Shown: one piece after another, positions 1-11,899 of the stretch
Numbering within the stretch: the first letter of the stretch is position 1
How the letters are laid out: every line of letters starts with the position of its first letter
Assembly (NCBI GenBank): GCA_043228905.1
Contig: JBHGNT010000010.1
Span: 1,612,001 to 1,676,000 of the forward strand
Direction: 5' to 3'
Origin: Azolla caroliniana
Taxonomy: Eukaryota; Plantae; Polypodiophyta
Length of the DNA: 64,000 nt
The notes under the pieces: generated by a model
The model's input: only the letters and a program-made list of their open reading frames with translations
Database searches by the model: none
Told to the model about the DNA's origin: nothing
Translations under genes and position numbers: made by a program

Positions 1-169
1 TCATTTCTATCAAACAAAACTTAGAGAAAAGCAGACATAATTACTAAAGTTTCTTTCCTCCATCAAAGGAAAACGAGGAGAGAAAATGGCAGTAATGAGC
101 TTTCCGTTTCTTAATCGCATCAAACGGACTCAGAGAAAAGCAAAGAAGAGAGAGGGGGAAGCAACTTAC

Positions 170-374
170 CGTTAATTCTTTGAGAAGAACGAGGAAGATG
201 TGGAGATGGAGAAGAAGAAGAAGCATTGGAAGCTTTAAGGCTCATGATGTGGCGGAGCTTGGAGGGGATAGCCATGGCGTCTGCTGGGGTAGGGGGGCCA
301 GGGAGAGAGTGATGTCCTCCATGCGCAGCCCGATAGTTGGCCTCGCGGCGCTTCCTTCCTTTACCCTTCCCCAT
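170..374 (-). CDS. Exon 1 of a conserved basic plant protein (CCDC137/PXR1-like hypothetical); gene continues off the left edge
   Basis: ATG at 374 gives MGKGKGRKRREANYRAAHGGHHSLPGPP...IPSKLRHIM, matching an N-terminus I recognise in conserved plant proteins (MGGKG.KRREKNY.AAHGG..LPPPP...PSKLR..M). Donor G|GTAAG at 169/170. Preceded by a GAA-rich 5' UTR. Confidence 0.75.
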
Positions 375-850
375 ACCTCCTCTCTCTTCCTCGTCTTCTT
401 CTTCTGCAGCTTCTTCTGCTTTCTTCTTCTTCTTCTGCAGCTTCTTCTGCTCGTACAGCAGATGGCCTGTATTTTCCTTATTTCCCGAAATGCCCCTGAC
501 TTTCTGATATTTCCCGAAATGCCCTTGTGTTTTTTCCTCGGGGATCAATTTTGGCCTTAGAAGACGTTAATATATCTTTCTTTCTTTCTCCTAAGAGTGA
601 TTAGTGGAGGAACAAGAGAGACACTGGCCCTTAATCTTTGTACCTGATTTCTCATAAGTGCGGGATTAAGCGTGATTAAAGAGTTGTGGGTAGGTTTGTT
701 AAGCTTTCCCATTGTATTTGTTATTTGAGAGAGGTGCGTGATTAGCGAGTTCTCCTGAGGGCTAGCTTAGGAGACATTGTCAAATGCGCTTGAGAGTAGT
801 GGTTAGCACCCACGTCTCGCCGCAAAAGGGTGCATCACGCCTGCCTGATC

Positions 851-1110
851 CCTTGCAATGATCTAATGCAAAGTTAACCGCTAGCTTATTGAATTCACCT
901 GGCATGATACATGCCCCAATGTTTTCCTTCACTTACCATGATCTTACAAGACATTATAGACCAACCCAGAACCTTAGACCTTGCAATGATCTAACACAAA
1001 GTTAAACCACTAGCTCATCAAATTGACCTAACACCTTACATGCCCCGGTGTTTTCCATCATTTATCATCAACTTACAAATCAATATAGATCACCCAAGGG
1101 CCTTAGACCT
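851..1110. repeat. Diverged tandem duplication, ~128-bp unit x2
   Basis: CCTTGCAATGATCTAA...AAAGTTAA...CATGCCCC...CCTTAGA at 851 and again at 979. Confidence 0.85.
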
Positions 1111-1728
1111 TAGCGAAAAAGTCTATCAAGGTTAGGTGCCAAGAAGGCAAAAAACTAGGGTTACTATCATTATGGAAGTTTCAATATCATCAAAATACGA
1201 ATCTCAAATTGCATTCTTGCTTGCAAAATTAATGAGTAAAATTCTGTAGAATCAAGAGTCGTTATTAAAATCTACACATATGTCAAAGAAATGTTTCATT
1301 TTTAGTACCATATTGATGAAGAGTGATACAAAAACTTACTTAACATTGTCCGATTGATGGAATGAAAGAGCTACTTCCATTTCACAAGACAATGAATGGA
1401 CAAGCATGTAAAAACCAACTCAAATTATGACAATTTTGAAAGTAATGGTAGAAAATTAATCATTTCATGTGAGGATTTAATACAACAATGGATGTATGAA
1501 CAAATCATAAAATGTGATGATGAAATGAAAAGTAATTGAGGGTAGGCAGGAAGGCATCATATGTAAGCTTAGCATAGATGATTTGATACAATGTGAGAAT
1601 TAGCCATGGAACATCTAGGTTGGAATCCATGTTACATGTTACTCCTGTGGCAAAACAGCATCTTGCTTGTATAATACACTATGCCATCTTTCACCTTCAG
1701 TAACGAGTCACAGCATGATATCACGTAG

Positions 1729-4700
1729 CTATCTACAGTTGGCATTTGATGGCACTAACAATAATGTTTCATCACCAGAGTCATTCGAAAAACTTTGTAC
1801 ATCTGTAAACATAAAGCAATTTAGCATGTTTTAAACCATCTTGTTGAAGTGAGCCATTGTTGATTTAAATAAGCCCTGAAACCTATTAATCATCTGGCGT
1901 GCTAGTTTAAAAATGATTGTAAATTCGTAGAACTATAGAATATATATATATATATAGTAAGGGAAAGAAAGCGACATTTTTGGGATTAGTAGAATTAACT
2001 GTCAAATAGGGACATCAAAGGTGATCATCAGGATAGATATGAATGTAATTCTAATTCATGCGCCAAGTAGGAGTAAAGCAAATAGAAGTAAAGATTAGGT
2101 CACAAGGCCAAAATCTCTCCTTCAACACCATGCCTACCTAAAGGGAGATGGAGAATATAATTACATTTTATTGTTAATTAGTAAGTCAAGCTCCCTTCAC
2201 CGCATGTTATTGATTACATGATCATTAATGAAGTGTTAACAATAATTCAGCTGCCTGAGTGTCCAGCCAAACTCATTGACTAATCAGCTAATGGAGATGA
2301 TGAGGTGCAATCCAGGAGCACCTTTCTCCCTTGACTAGTTACTAATCAATCCCACCTCTCACCAATAGGAAGTATAATCATCTGGGGCTGCCCTTATCAG
2401 ACCCCATAACAACCCACAATAACAAACCCTAAAACTTCAATTTTTGAAGCATGCCCTATGTTTCGACTTTACATATTCTGAAGGTCTATTGTGTTTGTTT
2501 CTTAAGAAATTAAGATGGAAAAAATACCTTCTGATGAGCTATACTCCAGTGATTGTTGATCAGTAATAATTAGAAAAGATTCTGGTAGTACACAGCTACA
2601 AAAAGAACCTGAAAATGAAACATACAACACAACCACATTTACTCGACTGCTTTTACTAAGCCAATGCTTTGCAGTGTAGTAGAAGATGCTAAAACATATC
2701 AAACAAAAACCAAAATGCTAAAACATAAAAAGCAAAAGATAAAGATAGCACCATAGGTTGACCAGAAGAAAAAGGAATGATCTGCTCATCAGGTAAAGCT
2801 TGTTATATACATCCTTTTAGTTTGATTCTAACACTTCGTAAGAAATATATGGTTTACATGAATTGAAAACATGCAACCATTTGATTCTAACACTCCGTAA
2901 GCAATAGATGGTACACATGAATTGAAAAGATGCAGCCACTATTAAGTTTTTGTGATAAGATTAAATATTGATATATTTTTAAAGAGAAAACGTTTGATTT
3001 ATACTAATTAATGCATTATCATGGTTTTCGCATCTCAAAATGATTGATCACAATATTATGGCTTGCCTCTGCTTCATCTTGAAAAGAGACGGCTCAACCT
3101 AAAGCATGAGTTCTGTCACTCAGGTGACTTCCGATGTAGCAAACAGGAGCTTGGTAATTCTTAACCCCACAATCCAAAAAGCTGGATCATCAATGCAAAA
3201 TTGTTCATATTTATGCTAAATCCAAATGCAATTTTCACGTATATACATTAAGAACACATGCCCCTAGCAACAACCTTTTTATAAATTACATGTCTCTAAA
3301 AACAAGCTTTAAACCAAACAAACATCAAATAGGATTCTCTTTTAAGAAAACAGATAAATTGGATTTTTTTGTGCATATATCTCTATAAATAAAGCTTTAA
3401 CCAAACCAATATAATGGGACTGGCTGTATTACACACCAAAAGACAACATTCGCTATTTTTTAGGCCAGCCATAAATTACAAGAGTCATCAACAAAAAGAA
3501 GCTGAAACCAAAATTGATTTTCTTTTCATCTATCTATTAAGAACATACGTCAGAACAAGCTTAAACCAAACAATAATGATTGGAAATATAGCATATTAAA
3601 ATGTGTAGTGATTCTTCTTATACTAATCATGGATGCATATTTTGGAGTGTGTGATTGAAACTCACCAAGGCCAGCAAGTCGATTCACCCATCCTGGCAAT
3701 GATCTTCCAGTAAGCGTTAAGCAAAGCTCATTGGTGAAGTGGTTACAATTCTTAGTGAGAAAATTGTACGAATCACCAGTATAATGAGATGACATGTCAA
3801 CTAATACATTCCATATATCAGAAGGGCTTAAGTCAGTGGACCCAATCGCGATGCTTCTTCTAAATGTGAAGCCAGGGCAGCTTCGAGGTTTGACCTCAAA
3901 GATCCCACATGTATGAAAGTCATGACCACCAAACGCATACTCCACTTCATTGACTAGTCAGCATTACAAAACTTAATTAATTAATTATTACCAATGTGGA
4001 GACATATTAAGTATTTAGTGTAGAAAATAAGGGAATAACTCTGAAATAACCATGAATTTTCCTTTATTTTCCCAAATGCCCCAGATTTTTCACTACTTCC
4101 CCAAACACCATTGGTCGACTCCCTGAAAGAATGACGAAAGCACAAATTGACCATACAATTGCTTAAATAGCACATATAGTTGACAAAAAAGGGATGAATT
4201 GACCATATAATTGTTTGAATAGCACATACAACTGCTCTTTTAAGGGTTACCCGAGGGCATTGAGGAAAATAATGCTAACTTAGGGGCAATCGGGAAAAGA
4301 AAGAGAAAATCAGGAGTTTTTACCTAGAAACAATGACTTGGATCCTGTATATCTTACTTCTATTTGACTACCCACAACAAAGGATTGCGATTTCATATGT
4401 AGAAAATAATAAATGACGCACAATTTGATCAAATGTATCTCAGTTTGACTACTACCCACATAAAAAATACTCAGCAATGTCGGAAGAGACAAAAAATATC
4501 AAAGCAAATTTTCATCATCAGCATCAAATCCAATTGCTGCACTCTAATAGAAACATTTCAGGTTTCAGCAACGTGGAAAAGAAATGCTGAAGATATTTTT
4601 AATGACATGCATCTCGATTTCGCTGACTGACCACATAAGAACATTATATTTTCTGCAACTTGTGGAGATACCAATTAACAATGAAAGGTAATATTTATTA

Positions 4701-5027
4701 TATGGATCTAAATTTCCGTTGCTAGCGTACAAGAATTCAATTATCAACAATGTGGCGGCATATCAAATGGAGAAAATAAACAAGCCTGGAGGAAATTTTG
4801 ATCACAATGATATTGATTGAAAATTCCTCCACTACCCAGCATAAAGAAACAAGGGAGGAAATAAGCAGTGGAGCAAACAATCTTCACAAGGAACTACATA
4901 AAAAAAAACAAAGTGGAAACTTACTTTCGATGCCAGAGTGGAAAATTCCGACGCCAAACCAGTAAAGGTAATCATTGAAACTGGTAAGGTCATAAATGTT
5001 TAGATAAACAGGGGTTGTTCTCTGCAT
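1729..5027 (-). CDS. DeSI-like / PPPDE deubiquitinase-desumoylase family peptidase, 4 exons
   Basis: Exons 5027-4925 (MQRTTPVYLNIYDLTSFNDYLYWFGVGIFHSGIE), 3953-3666 (INEVEYAFGGH...YNFLTKNCNHFT...PGWVNRLA), 2608-2528 (GSFCSCVLPES) and 1802-1729 (ends TAG). All introns are GT-AG with consistent phase 1. Catalytic His (FHSG) and Cys (NCNHF) are intact. The last exon is the least certain. Confidence 0.92.
2821..2940. repeat. Tandem duplication, ~59-bp unit x2 (intronic)
   Basis: TTGATTCTAACACT.CGTAAG.AATA.ATGGT..ACATGAATTGAAAA.ATGCA.CCA occurs twice. Confidence 0.85.
4031..4324. mobile_element. Degenerate Mutator-like MITE/foldback in DeSI intron 1
   Basis: Imperfect long TIRs: left ATTTTCCTTTATTTTCCCAAATGCCCC, reverse complement of right ATTTTCTCTTTCTTTTCCCGATTGCCCC. 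Starts GGG and ends CC. Flanks TAGAAAATAA / TAGAAACAAT (7/10, possible TSD). Internal direct repeat AATTGACCATA.AATTG.TT.AATAGCACATA x2. Confidence 0.55.
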
Positions 5028-6134
5028 CTCTGACCTTTATTTCCTAAACCTAAATCAGACGATCTATGCGTGGATCACATCCATTTGCTGGGTTCTACAG
5101 ATTAAGTTTTACCGAATACTTGGGCAAATTATGTTAGGGTATGATGAAGGTGCGAGCGACTGGTGAAGGTTAACAGAGGAGTTCTAAAGAATAGGGTTTA
5201 TGATATTTACAAAGCATGACCCTCATAGTAAATTTTAACAGTGTTTGTCATATTTACGAAAATGCCCCCAATGCAACCCCACCACATTCTCCTGATTCTT
5301 CTTCTTCTATCTATTCCCTTCTTCTTCTTCTTCTTCTGTTTATACCCTTCTTCTTTTGTCTATCTCTGTAAGCATCGAAGGATTCACGTAGTACATTTTC
5401 TCGGAAAAAAACGAGTAGAAGTGATTGTGGTGTGGACAGACAAGTCCATTATCAGTATTAGAAACACCTTTCTGAAATGCTCGAGTGTCGCTCACCGAAT
5501 ATGAGATGGCATGCAAGAGCTATGGATCAAATGGTTGTGCGGTGAGCTTTCCACAAGGCTCAGCAATTTACTAACGGGCATACAACCAGCTAGTCACGAG
5601 CTTTAAATGTGAGTTTTGCCAATATTCTAGTTCGATGCTCAACACCCAATCTGATTGGTTTTTGTCATTGACATTGCCCTTCCCACCTCTTGTGAAAAGC
5701 GGACTAGGTGGTCTAGTATGATGAGATTAACAAAAGGTTGTAATTGCAACAGAACATCTTGTTTTGGTCAACATCATTCGATAGGAGTTCACAAAGAGGT
5801 CCATTTAATAAAGTTTTTATGAAGTATTCTATGTCATATACGTCACTAGTGTTGCAAGTATAAGTTATTTCAAACTATTCTTTTCCACCCTTGTTATTAT
5901 TTCAATTGAACTAAACACGACAAAAAGGTCCGCGCAAATGATGGATGATGTCAAAAATACCTACACATAACAAAAGTGTTCGCACCACATTCCCTAGTTT
6001 CTTGTTTGTAAAAATAAGTGTTGATTAACTTCCTGTGTCATTCCTCTTCTCTTATATATATTCTAGCCAAATGAAGGTTCTCTAAGAGTAACAAAATTGT
6101 ATTTGGAGCGGCATCATCCATGATATGCTACATA

Positions 6135-6782
6135 CATAGATTGACATATTCGCATTCGTGGTGTTTCCCATTCGAATGCAAACGAATACGAATACGAATG
6201 GTTAGTCAAGTATTCGTTTACCCCCCCCCCCCAAAAAAAAAAACTTTAAAAAAAAAAAATCCTAAGATAATAAATAAAATAAAAAAAACTTAACAATAAA
6301 TAGGGATAATGAAAGAGGGACTTTTGGGACTTGACACTACTAAAAATTTATAATAAATGTATAGTCGTTTTATTTTTAATAAATAAATAAAATAAAATAA
6401 AGGCTGATTAATTTCTCACTTTTTATTTCCTCAAAATTTATGGATATTTTTATCTTGACATTAAAAATGGTACTTCAAACTAATTATATCTTCAAAGTTC
6501 ATACTAATAGTAATCATATTTGTATAATAAATATAAAAATATTCATTTTAAAAAAATTAATTAATTAAAATAAGTTTCATAAACTCTCTTGACACTATAA
6601 TCTATTAATGAATAATTGTTTTTTTTGGTGAAATACATTTATTTAAATAAATAAATAATTTTTTATATTTATTTTACAAAACGAATGGTTTTTTAATCTT
6701 CTTGGGGCCATTTTGTATTCTCGAATATTGAGAATATTGCGCATGGAGAATAACACGAATATCACTCATGTGTCAATCTATG
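6135..6782. mobile_element. Non-autonomous hAT-type element (MITE), 648 bp
   Basis: Perfect 12-bp TIR CATAGATTGACA (6135-6146) / TGTCAATCTATG (6771-6782). Perfect 8-bp TSD GCTACATA (6127-6134 and 6783-6790). Subterminal TATTCG/CGAATA motifs, very AT-rich non-coding interior. An 8-bp TSD is typical of hAT. Confidence 0.92.
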
Positions 6783-6999
6783 GCTACATATATAAGAGCA
6801 TTTACAATAACAATCCCACCATGACTACATCCCAATCACATGGGGCAAAACCAACATTATTTACAAAGTGTGGTGTGGTCGAGTGTCTTTTCTAGTTTGT
6901 TGTTTGCTAGCATGATTATGGATTGACTTTTACTCGTATAAGATATTTTAGAAACCTTACTAATGAACAAGAACAATATTGTAGTCTGACGTCCCATTC

Positions 7000-9900
7000 T
7001 AAAGACACCTAAGCTTTACTTTTTTAAGGGTAGATTTGCCAAAAAGTCCTTATCCAAAATAGCTCGAATTGCTTGTGCTCATCCTTTTGGCGTCCTTTAA
7101 TGAAAAATTGAAAACATACCAAACATTCAACGACGAGAACACTAAATAAATACAATAATACTTTAGTACATAATACAAACATACCAACTGTCCATATAAA
7201 GAAGACGAACAACATTGTTTATAGCTAGCATCATAAATAAGATGGTAAAAAATGTGGTTACATATATGTAATTAATTGTACCAATATTAGTTCATATAAA
7301 ATTTGCAGCCTTTATGTAGCTTTTTGTGTGAATATATGCACTATGAAGATCAATTTACATATTCAAATATATGGGAGTACTAACTTAAGTATATCATCGT
7401 GGACAACGTCCAAGATTATAAGTACCTTCAAAAAAAGAAAATTGAAGCACTTAAAGTTACTTATTACAATTTTTTGATTGACACCAATGTAAGATGTCAA
7501 TCAAAACATATGAGTGGTTCACCATGAAAACCAATCCATCAAACCCCGATGGGTGACCAAAAGGGGACAAAGACAAAACATCAATTGAGTATCCCAAACA
7601 ATTCATGTGAGCAATATCCAATATTCACCAAATAGCTTGCATCAAACCCCGAATTGTTGGTAAGAGTGATGGATCATGCAATACTTATGGTCTCGTTATT
7701 GCATACATTTTGAACCATCAAAATATCCCATTCAATTTTATATGCGTGCTCAAGAACTAAAATGGAAATGCACATCACTGTATCAGAGGTTACGAGTGTA
7801 ATGTTCTTTTATAATGATTTATTATGGAGGAGCATTCCCTTTCAAATACATACATAACTTGTGGATGAAACACATTTATTTTCCAGTGGTTGTGACAACA
7901 CTCAATACAAAATGATATCAATTGAGATTAAAAACATTTGTGTTATCAACTACAATTTTGGGTTTTGATCATTTGACAAATGGATTTATGAGTTTATCTC
8001 GATGCCAAGTTGCAATAAAGCTAAAGTAACATTTATAATCAAAATCAAGTTAATCATCCCCCTTAAATTCAATACACAAGGGAAGGATAAGGGGAATGAT
8101 CAATGCGTATAGTTCATTCCCCACCAATTATTTGAACTTTGAGTCACAATCCGGTTAAACATGAAATAATCTCAATTTTTTTTATCATGCACACACACAC
8201 ATACATACATACATACATATTAGAACCATACAATCAAACAAACAAGTTTATGCATCAAATATGATAACCTTATCACAATAGATATCCATTAGTAAACACG
8301 TGAATGACCGAGATGATGTTTTCTACACAAACAACCATGTAAGAACATGTTTAAAAGATAACCAATGTTCCAACATATCATCCTTGTAGATAACATGGCC
8401 AAAAACGAAGGACTCATCCCAAGCATTGACAACTAAACTAACTACAATCTATGCTAAGCACTACAATTAGGTCAAACACTACCATGAATTTGAATTTCAA
8501 TCATGAAAGTGCTCAAAGTGCATATTATTGGGCGCAAGTCTTCCCACAATAAGTGTATCATAACTTTGATTAGAAATCATGACGATGTTGTAAAATAGGT
8601 TAACCTTGCCATATAGTAAAGATCCAATCATGGATAAAAACATGCTTGGATTATTTATATCTACAATTATCTCGACATGTTTAGAGCCATGCATCAACAA
8701 TCTTGGATATGTAATTTGGTTCATCCCTATGATGCTTGTGTCATTCATGCATCACACCTAACATCCATGTCAAAATAAAAACACCATAAAGTACAGGTGA
8801 TGAAATATATGCTATGACAATCCTCCACCACGACCATGTTTAAAATATCAAGAAAGCAACGAATATGAAGGCTTTGTTATGTAAACATATGCACTCTACC
8901 TTATATATCCATTCTTTATACTCAAGCATATCTTGGATGCATACAAAAATACTTAAATATACGTCAAAGTAGTTTTTTATGAATGTTGTTTTGGATGGAT
9001 GTCGGGAGCAATTTGCTTGGTTTAATACAAAGACAAATCACCATATTTGTTGAGTATTTCCCATCCTTATGAGCCTAGGGTTAGGTTAGTACTTAATTAG
9101 TTGGTAAACCAACTTCATATAAGTTAGCATGCAAAAATTTTCATCAAGAAAGTACTCTCCCCTAAACAATGTTGCTTGTATTATTACCTTTTAAGCTTAT
9201 GTTTTTGAGCATGGTATTAACTTATAGTGGACCACAGTCTAAGTTGAAAATATTTTAGCATTGGATAAAAGTGTTTGGCTATCTGTGAATGGCAAGATGG
9301 TAGACAACATCCAATTGCAAATTATATAAGCAAGCCATTATGGACAATAAGAATAACTCAATTCATCTAGTTATCAAATGTGATTTGGGATGGTTTTGAA
9401 TCTCGATTAATCATTGGAAGAATAATTAAGATAAGATTCACTATACACATTGGGCTGCAAAACACAAATATTGTTTTTTTCTATAAGAAACCTCCTTTTT
9501 CAAAAAATCCCATTTGCTTTAGCCTTCAAGCAAAGGAAGAAGGCATAACTTACTTTTTTGCATCAAGCCCCACCTTTTTTTCATCCTTGTTAGTAATAAC
9601 TTCACATTGAAGGAACATCATATTGTTTTGTGCTAGTTGCTAATTTATGCAAATAGAGAATGCAAAAGTTAGAGAGTCCGACATGTGTGGATAATTTTCC
9701 TTATAAATGTGCATGAAGTATTACAATGGTAGAAGACAACTTTCTATCTCGAAAAGGTTTATATGATATGGTGGATCTAACATGAATAGGGGGAAAATAA
9801 ATAGATTCTCCCTTCCTAGGTTTCCAAGTTGCCATTTCACTCATTAAAGGAAACAAAACCTTGTGTTTCACGAAATGACAAAGCCATCAATGTTTAGAAG

Positions 9901-11150
9901 GCTCAAATGGCATCTATTATCTCAAAAAGTTGATGTTGGATTTAGATCATGCTATGAAAAAGGAAAAGGACACGATCCCTATGGAAGGATTACATTGGAC
10001 TCCGACGTGCATGAATTTACGGGGCCCATTTGAAGCATTTCACGTTTGAACATGCATAGTTCTAAAATGTGTGGAAAGATTATAGCAAAAAAGAGGCCTT
10101 TATTGGTCATTGGAAAAAGAGCAACAATATTGAAATCACATTGCACAGTAAGTGGTTTGTGCAAGAACACAATATTGAAATGGTGCATCTTGGTTGTTTC
10201 AAGAAAACACAACATGCTTGGCGTGAACCAAAAAATTATTGCATTTTCTTGTTCTAAAATGCTACGTATGATTCATCCAAAGACCGGAACTTGCTACCTT
10301 TGTTCCAAGCCTCGTATGTGCTTTCATAGTGTAAGGATTCAAATTTGCATACTTCATTCTTTGCACTTGTAACCAAATTGCCTTCCATGTCCTATTCCAA
10401 AACTCCCCAACACAGTTCTTGGACTTGCTTGAAAGTGACTACATATCCAAACATTCATGGTCATGCCTAGATCCTTCACATTGAAAAAGAAATTAGCTTA
10501 ATTTTTCTCAATTCCTTGCTTGCATATGCAATTTGTGGGTCCTTCAGAAGCAATATTTTTGGCCAACCATTCATAAACCAGACGTGCCCTTGAAAATACA
10601 AAAGAGGTGCCATCTATTATTCCATGCCGATTTATGTGTCTAAAAGTGATCGATCCAACGATTAATTCATTGTTATACATGTCCTTGAAAAAGGTCAACT
10701 CACATACTCTTTCCCTATCCTATAAGGGACATGGCCTTACCAAGACTCAACCTCATGATGCTAATAAAATCCTTGAAAATACAAACACTTTAAGCTTAAA
10801 TAGTCCTAGAAGGCACATGACCTTGCCAAGATTCGGCTTGTGACCTCTTGTAGAGACAACCATTCATGTTTTGAAGGTCAATAATTAAAATTTCGCCCAT
10901 CCATGGTTCTTCTTCACACAACAATGCAACATCAACATGCTTTCGAACCAACTCCTTTGAAAATGCTATAGACATATGACTTATCGTGCTTCGATCTTAA
11001 AACAAATCACCTTAGAACCTCTTGAATCGAGTAGAGGGTCTCAACTTTCTCAGCTTCTAGCAATCATACGTGTACATCTAACAACATGTCATCATGGGCG
11101 CTATGTGGAAATTTTGAACCATTGTGGTGTGGACCCAATAAGATGCTTTC
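7000..11150. other. Probable highly decayed transposon-derived sequence, family not identified
   Basis: Only short broken ORFs, no coherent splice-supported gene, CATG/TG-rich composition suggestive of methylation decay. No diagnostic motif recognised. Confidence 0.3.
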
Positions 11151-11410
11151 AGAACTGTCCCCGTGAATATCGAGGATGGCACGAGCATTCCACGCTATAA
11201 TTGTGAGCCGAATCGGCATCCGATCAAGGCGACCTACCTATCGAAGTAGATCGTGGTGTGGACTCATGGAGAAGCGAGCTATTGGAGCAGACGGGTCTAT
11301 CTGGGGAGATTGCCCAAGATTCAGGAAAGGTGACGAGCAGGGGAGATGGGATGGGTGTCCTGGGGCCGTAGGGAAGATGCCAGAAGACAACAGGCAAAGA
11401 CATAAGACTA

Positions 11411-11494
<84 letters not shown>

Positions 11495-11507
11495 ACACAC
11501 ACACACA
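11411..11507. repeat. Compound microsatellite (TG)8-(GA)~32-(CA)8 upstream of the NT-C2 gene
   Basis: Direct reading. A (CT)n tract follows at ~11698-11725, (CATCTT)n at ~11774-11803 and a C-run at ~11806-11823. Confidence 0.95.
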
Positions 11508-11899
11508 TGGAACCTAACAACAACTCAATTTACATGTAAAAAAAGAAGAAGAAGGAAGAAAGAGGCTTTTGTCAAAATATGAACCTCCTTTTTTAACACA
11601 CAATTCCATTGTTTTAGAAAACTGCATTTCTGCTCTTTTCCAAGAAGATCTTCACTGTCAGGAAACAAAAGAACAAACATAACATAACAAAACATAACTC
11701 TCTCTCTCTCTCTCTCTCTCTGTCTCTTTCCATTCTCTTCTCTGCACATCTTTTCCTTCCTAATTAATTCCTTCATCTTCATCTTCATCTTCATCTTCAT
11801 CTTCTCCCCCCCCCCCCCCCCCCTTCCTCTTCATCATCCTCTTCTGACAATCGGAGCTTCCTCCTTTTCTCCCCCAATACATCAAACCATCCATCATCC

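Noticed and set aside
785-850. tRNA/SINE-like TAGTGGTTAGCAC motif
   Set aside because: A-box-like only. No B-box (GTTCGA) and no cloverleaf.
11176-11800. Short ORFs with SLSLSL, THTH or MKMK repeats
   Set aside because: Translations of microsatellites.
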